64,000 nt of DNA from Halieaceae bacterium. GTDB lineage: Bacteria > Pseudomonadota > Gammaproteobacteria > Pseudomonadales > Halieaceae. The notes below the pieces were generated by a model. That model did not search any database, was not told the origin of the DNA, and saw only the letters and a program-made list of their open reading frames with translations. Where the stretch lies: positions 2,562,240 through 2,626,239 of the forward strand of contig OZ271856.1 in the NCBI GenBank assembly GCA_965601975.1, written 5' to 3'. Position 1 is the stretch's first letter; each line of letters begins with the position of its first letter. Positions 61,047-64,000 of this stretch are shown piece by piece. Position numbers and translations under genes: made by a program.

Positions 61047-62426
61047 CTACTTAAAGGGCGGCATCCCAGGGGGCATTCCGCCTCCTCCCATGGCGCCACC
61101 CATGCCGCGCATCATCTTCTGCATGTTGCCGCCTTTCATCTTCTTCATCATTTTCTGCATCTGCTTGTGCTGCTTCAGCAGGCGGTTGAGGTCCTGCACC
61201 TGGGTGCCGGAGCCGGCGGTGATGCGGCGCTTGCGGGAGCCCTGGATGATTTCGGGGCGGCGGCGTTCGGCGGGGGTCATGGAGTTGATCATGGCCTCCA
61301 TGCGGGCGAACTGCTTCATGTCCATGTTCTGCTGGGCGGCCTGGGCCATGCCGCCCATGCCCGGCAGCTTGTCCAGCATGCCGGCGACGCCGCCCATGTT
61401 GTTGATTTGTTGAAGCTGGTCGCGGAAGTCCTCGAGGTCGAAGCGCCCGCCCTTCTTGACCTTCCTGGCGAGCTTCTCGGCCTTCTGCTTGTCGATCTTC
61501 TGCTCCGCTTCCTCGATCAGCGAGAGCACATCGCCCATGCCGAGGATTCGGGAGGCCAGGCGGTCGGGATGGAACGGGTCCAGCGCATCGGTCTTCTCGC
61601 CAACGCCGAGGAACTTGATCGGCTTGCCGGTGATGCTGCGCACCGACAGGGCAGCACCGCCACGGGTGTCGGCGTCGACCTTGGTCAGTACCACACCGGT
61701 CAGCGGCAGGGCGTCGTTGAAAGCCTTGGCGGTGTTGGCCGCGTCCTGGCCGGTCATCGCGTCGACCACGAACAGGGTCTCGATCGGGTTGACCGCGCGG
61801 TGCAGCTCGGCGATCTCCGTCATCATGGCCTCGTCGATGGCCAATCGGCCCGCGGTGTCGACAATCAGCACATCGGCGAACTTGATGCGGGCGTCGGCCA
61901 GCGCCGCATCAACGATCGCCAGCGGCTTCTGGCTCTCGTCGCTGGGGAAGAACTCGGCACCCACCTCGCCGGCCAGGGTTTGCAGCTGCTTGATGGCCGC
62001 CGGGCGGTAGACGTCGGCGCTGACCACCATCACCTTCTTCTTTTCCCGCTCCATCAGGTGACGGGCGAGCTTGGCGACTGATGTCGTCTTACCGGCGCCC
62101 TGCAGGCCCGCCATCAACACCACCGCCGGCGGCGTGGCCGCCAGGTTCAGGGATTCATTGGCGGCACCCATGAGCTGCTCGAGCTCTGCCTGGACGATCT
62201 TGATGAAGGCCTGGCCGGGGCTGAGGCTGCTGCTGACTTCGGTGCCCACGGCGCGCTGGCGAACCGCCTCGACAAAGTCCTTGACCACCGGCAGGGCAAC
62301 ATCGGCTTCCAGCAGCGCCATGCGCACCTCGCGCAGGGTTTCCTGGATGTTGTCGTCGGTCAGCTTTGCCTTGCCGGTGATTTTCCGGAGGCTCTGCGAT
62401 AGGCGTTCGCTAAGGTTGTCAAACAT
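61047..62426 (-). CDS. ffh: Signal recognition particle protein Ffh
   Basis: NG domain (GLQGAGKTT, DTAGR) plus Met-rich M domain. Confidence 0.97.
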   Translation of the reverse strand: MFDNLSERLSQSLRKITGKAKLTDDNIQETLREVRMALLEADVALPVVKDFVEAVRQRAVGTEVSSSLSPGQAFIKIVQAELEQLMGAANESLNLAATPPAVVLMAGLQGAGKTTSVAKLARHLMEREKKKVMVVSADVYRPAAIKQLQTLAGEVGAEFFPSDESQKPLAIVDAALADARIKFADVLIVDTAGRLAIDEAMMTEIAELHRAVNPIETLFVVDAMTGQDAANTAKAFNDALPLTGVVLTKVDADTRGGAALSVRSITGKPIKFLGVGEKTDALDPFHPDRLASRILGMGDVLSLIEEAEQKIDKQKAEKLARKVKKGGRFDLEDFRDQLQQINNMGGVAGMLDKLPGMGGMAQAAQQNMDMKQFARMEAMINSMTPAERRRPEIIQGSRKRRITAGSGTQVQDLNRLLKQHKQMQKMMKKMKGGNMQKMMRGMGGAMGGGGMPPGMPPFK

Positions 62427-62545
62427 GCTTAAGGCTCAGTAGGAGGCGCCGCGGCTTGTCTTCATGGGAAGCCTCACGGCTTGCTATCGCCACGGCAAAT
62501 GGGTACAAAGGCGTGAAGTATACGTCACCGGGAAAGCATCCCCAA

Positions 62546-63340
62546 ATGCCCAGCGCAGTCGTCGCAGCCTGCCTCTACATCGTTGTCAGCTTCCTGCAGG
62601 CCCGCCGCGTCAGCACGCGCAGCGCCGCCTCGCCCGCTCCGATCTACGCGCTCGCCGCCGTCGCCGTGCTCATGCACGGTTACTCTGCGCTGAGCGGGAT
62701 GCGCGTGGAAGGCGGAATCAGTTTCGGGCTGTTCAACGCGACGTCACTGACCTTCTGGTTGATCAACCTGAGCCTGATGCTGAGCCTACTGCGCCGGCCG
62801 CTGCAGAACCTCATGGTCATTCTGTTCCCGCTGGCGGCACTGGCAAGTCTTGCGGCTGCGTTCACGCCGGAATCCGGCACCACGCTCGAATCGATCTCCG
62901 GTGGCCTGCTGACCCACATCGGCTCGTCGGTGCTGGCCTACGCCGTGCTCACCATCGCCGCCTGCCAGGCGGGTGCCGTGGCGCTGCAAGACTACCAGCT
63001 GCGCAATCGCCATACCCGGGGTATCGTGCAGCTGCTGCCGCCTCTGCAGATGATGGAAAACATGTTGTTCGAAATCGTCTGGGTGGGCCTGGCGCTACTG
63101 ACGGTGGCAATCGCCTCAGGCTTTATCTTCCTCGAGGACATCTTCGCCCAGCACCTGGTGCACAAAACCGTGTTGTCGATTTGCGCCTGGCTGCTGTTCG
63201 CCACCCTGCTCTGGGGCCGACACCAGCTGGGCTGGCGCAGCACGATTGCGGCGCGATTTACCCTCGGCGGTTTCGTGGCCCTGTTGCTGGCCTATGCCGG
63301 CAGCAAATTCGTGCTGGAAGTGCTGCTGCAGCGGGTCTAA
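62546..63340 (+). CDS. ypjD: Inner-membrane cytochrome-c-assembly-family protein YpjD-like
   Basis: Polytopic membrane protein divergent from ffh, as E. coli ypjD. Start at internal Met of the track ORF. Confidence 0.7.
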   Translation: MPSAVVAACLYIVVSFLQARRVSTRSAASPAPIYALAAVAVLMHGYSALSGMRVEGGISFGLFNATSLTFWLINLSLMLSLLRRPLQNLMVILFPLAALASLAAAFTPESGTTLESISGGLLTHIGSSVLAYAVLTIAACQAGAVALQDYQLRNRHTRGIVQLLPPLQMMENMLFEIVWVGLALLTVAIASGFIFLEDIFAQHLVHKTVLSICAWLLFATLLWGRHQLGWRSTIAARFTLGGFVALLLAYAGSKFVLEVLLQRV

Positions 63341-63408
63341 ATGACCCTTGCGCGCGCAGGGCAATTTATGGAACATGTCGCTTCTTTGGCTCCCCGGGTA
63401 ACCCCTTT

Positions 63409-64000
63409 TTGAACGAAGCACCGCTGGGTCTTCTCTTTTCCATTCTCGGCGTCCTGTTACTCCTGTCCGCCTTTTTCTCCAGCTCCGAAACGGGCATGAT
63501 GGCGCTCGACCGCTACCGCCTGAAGCACCTGAAGGAGCAGAATCACCGCGGCGCCCGTCGCGCCAGCAAACTGCTGAAGCGGCCCGATCGGCTGATCGGC
63601 CTGATCCTGATCGGTAACAACCTCGTCAACGTGCTGGCGGCGGCCATCGTCACCATCATCGCGATTCGGCTCATGGGCAACGCGGGCATCGCTATAGGCT
63701 CCCTGCTGCTGACCCTGGTGCTGCTGGTATTTGCCGAGATCACGCCAAAGACCATCGCCGCGCTGCACCCTGAGCGGATCGCCTTCCCGGCGAGTTGGAT
63801 CCTCGCACCACTGCTGAAGATCCTGTACCCGGTGGTGTGGCTGGTGAACGTCATCACCAACGGCCTGCTGCGGTTGCTGGGCTACGACCCCCGCAAGGCC
63901 AGCGAGTCGGGACTGACCCGTGACGAGCTGCGCACCCTCGTGACGGACTCCAGCCACATGATTCCCGACGCTCACCAGGGCATCCTGTCGAACGTACTGG
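63409..64000 (+). CDS. CNNM/CorC-family (DUF21 + CBS) transporter, YfjD/CorB-like; 5' part, continues beyond window
   Basis: Probable TTG start. Reads ..NEAPLGLLFSILGVLLLLSAFFSSSETGMMALDRYRLKHL.. (DUF21 N-terminus). Not in the ORF track because it has no stop in the window. Confidence 0.65.
   Translation, partial: MNEAPLGLLFSILGVLLLLSAFFSSSETGMMALDRYRLKHLKEQNHRGARRASKLLKRPDRLIGLILIGNNLVNVLAAAIVTIIAIRLMGNAGIAIGSLLLTLVLLVFAEITPKTIAALHPERIAFPASWILAPLLKILYPVVWLVNVITNGLLRLLGYDPRKASESGLTRDELRTLVTDSSHMIPDAHQGILSNVL

Noticed and set aside
1-64000. CRISPR arrays, transposases, integrases, phage structural genes.
   Set aside because: No direct-repeat/spacer arrays were seen. The only tandem repeats are REP-like units and short microsatellites. 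No ORF has DDE, tyrosine-integrase (other than XerD) or serine-recombinase motifs. The mltF-tadA insert therefore cannot be called an active mobile element.

Overview
This is a high-GC (~62-65%) gammaproteobacterial chromosomal segment, almost entirely coded on the minus strand.

- **Conserved synteny.** Gene order closely matches the Pseudomonas-type arrangement: suhB><trmJ-iscS-ndk-rlmN-pilW-rodZ-ispG-hisS-yfgM-bamB-der; secDF; purL><mltF; tadA; guaBA><xseA; lysS-prfB; recJ-thrC-hom-(aminotransferase)-dsbC-xerD; rpsP-rimM-trmD-rplS; ffh><ypjD-corC-like.
- **Accessory or poorly characterised segments sit between these blocks:**
  - a translationally coupled SWIM zinc-finger + ~916-aa DUF4132/DUF6493-like gene pair (1706-5799);
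  - a DUF2807-YtrA(GntR)-ABC cluster;
  - a ~4.8 kb insert between mltF and tadA: GNAT, methyltransferase, an SPFH protein with a triplicated N-terminal motif, a non-canonical tRNA-like gene plus a T-arm fragment, an HNH nuclease, and an AAC(3)-family acetyltransferase;
  - a low-GC Cys-rich LRR lipoprotein;
  - a signalling cluster: Crp/Fnr-like regulator divergent from DHp-REC-nucleotidyl cyclase + REC + histidine kinase.
- **Notable locus changes.** The isc locus is reduced to iscS alone, with a shortened C-terminus.
- **Repeat elements.** Several families of REP/MITE-like palindromic repeats occupy long spacers (suhB-secF, xerD-rplS, ffh-rpsP).
- **Other features.** prfB carries the canonical programmed +1 frameshift site. 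rlmN ends in an in-frame (GAAAAA)4 hexanucleotide repeat.
- **Not found.** No CRISPR array, transposase or integrase was seen.
- **Coordinate caveat.** ORF-track coordinates are used for CDS. Coordinates I derived by reading the text (RNA genes, repeats, terminators) may be off by 1-2 nt.
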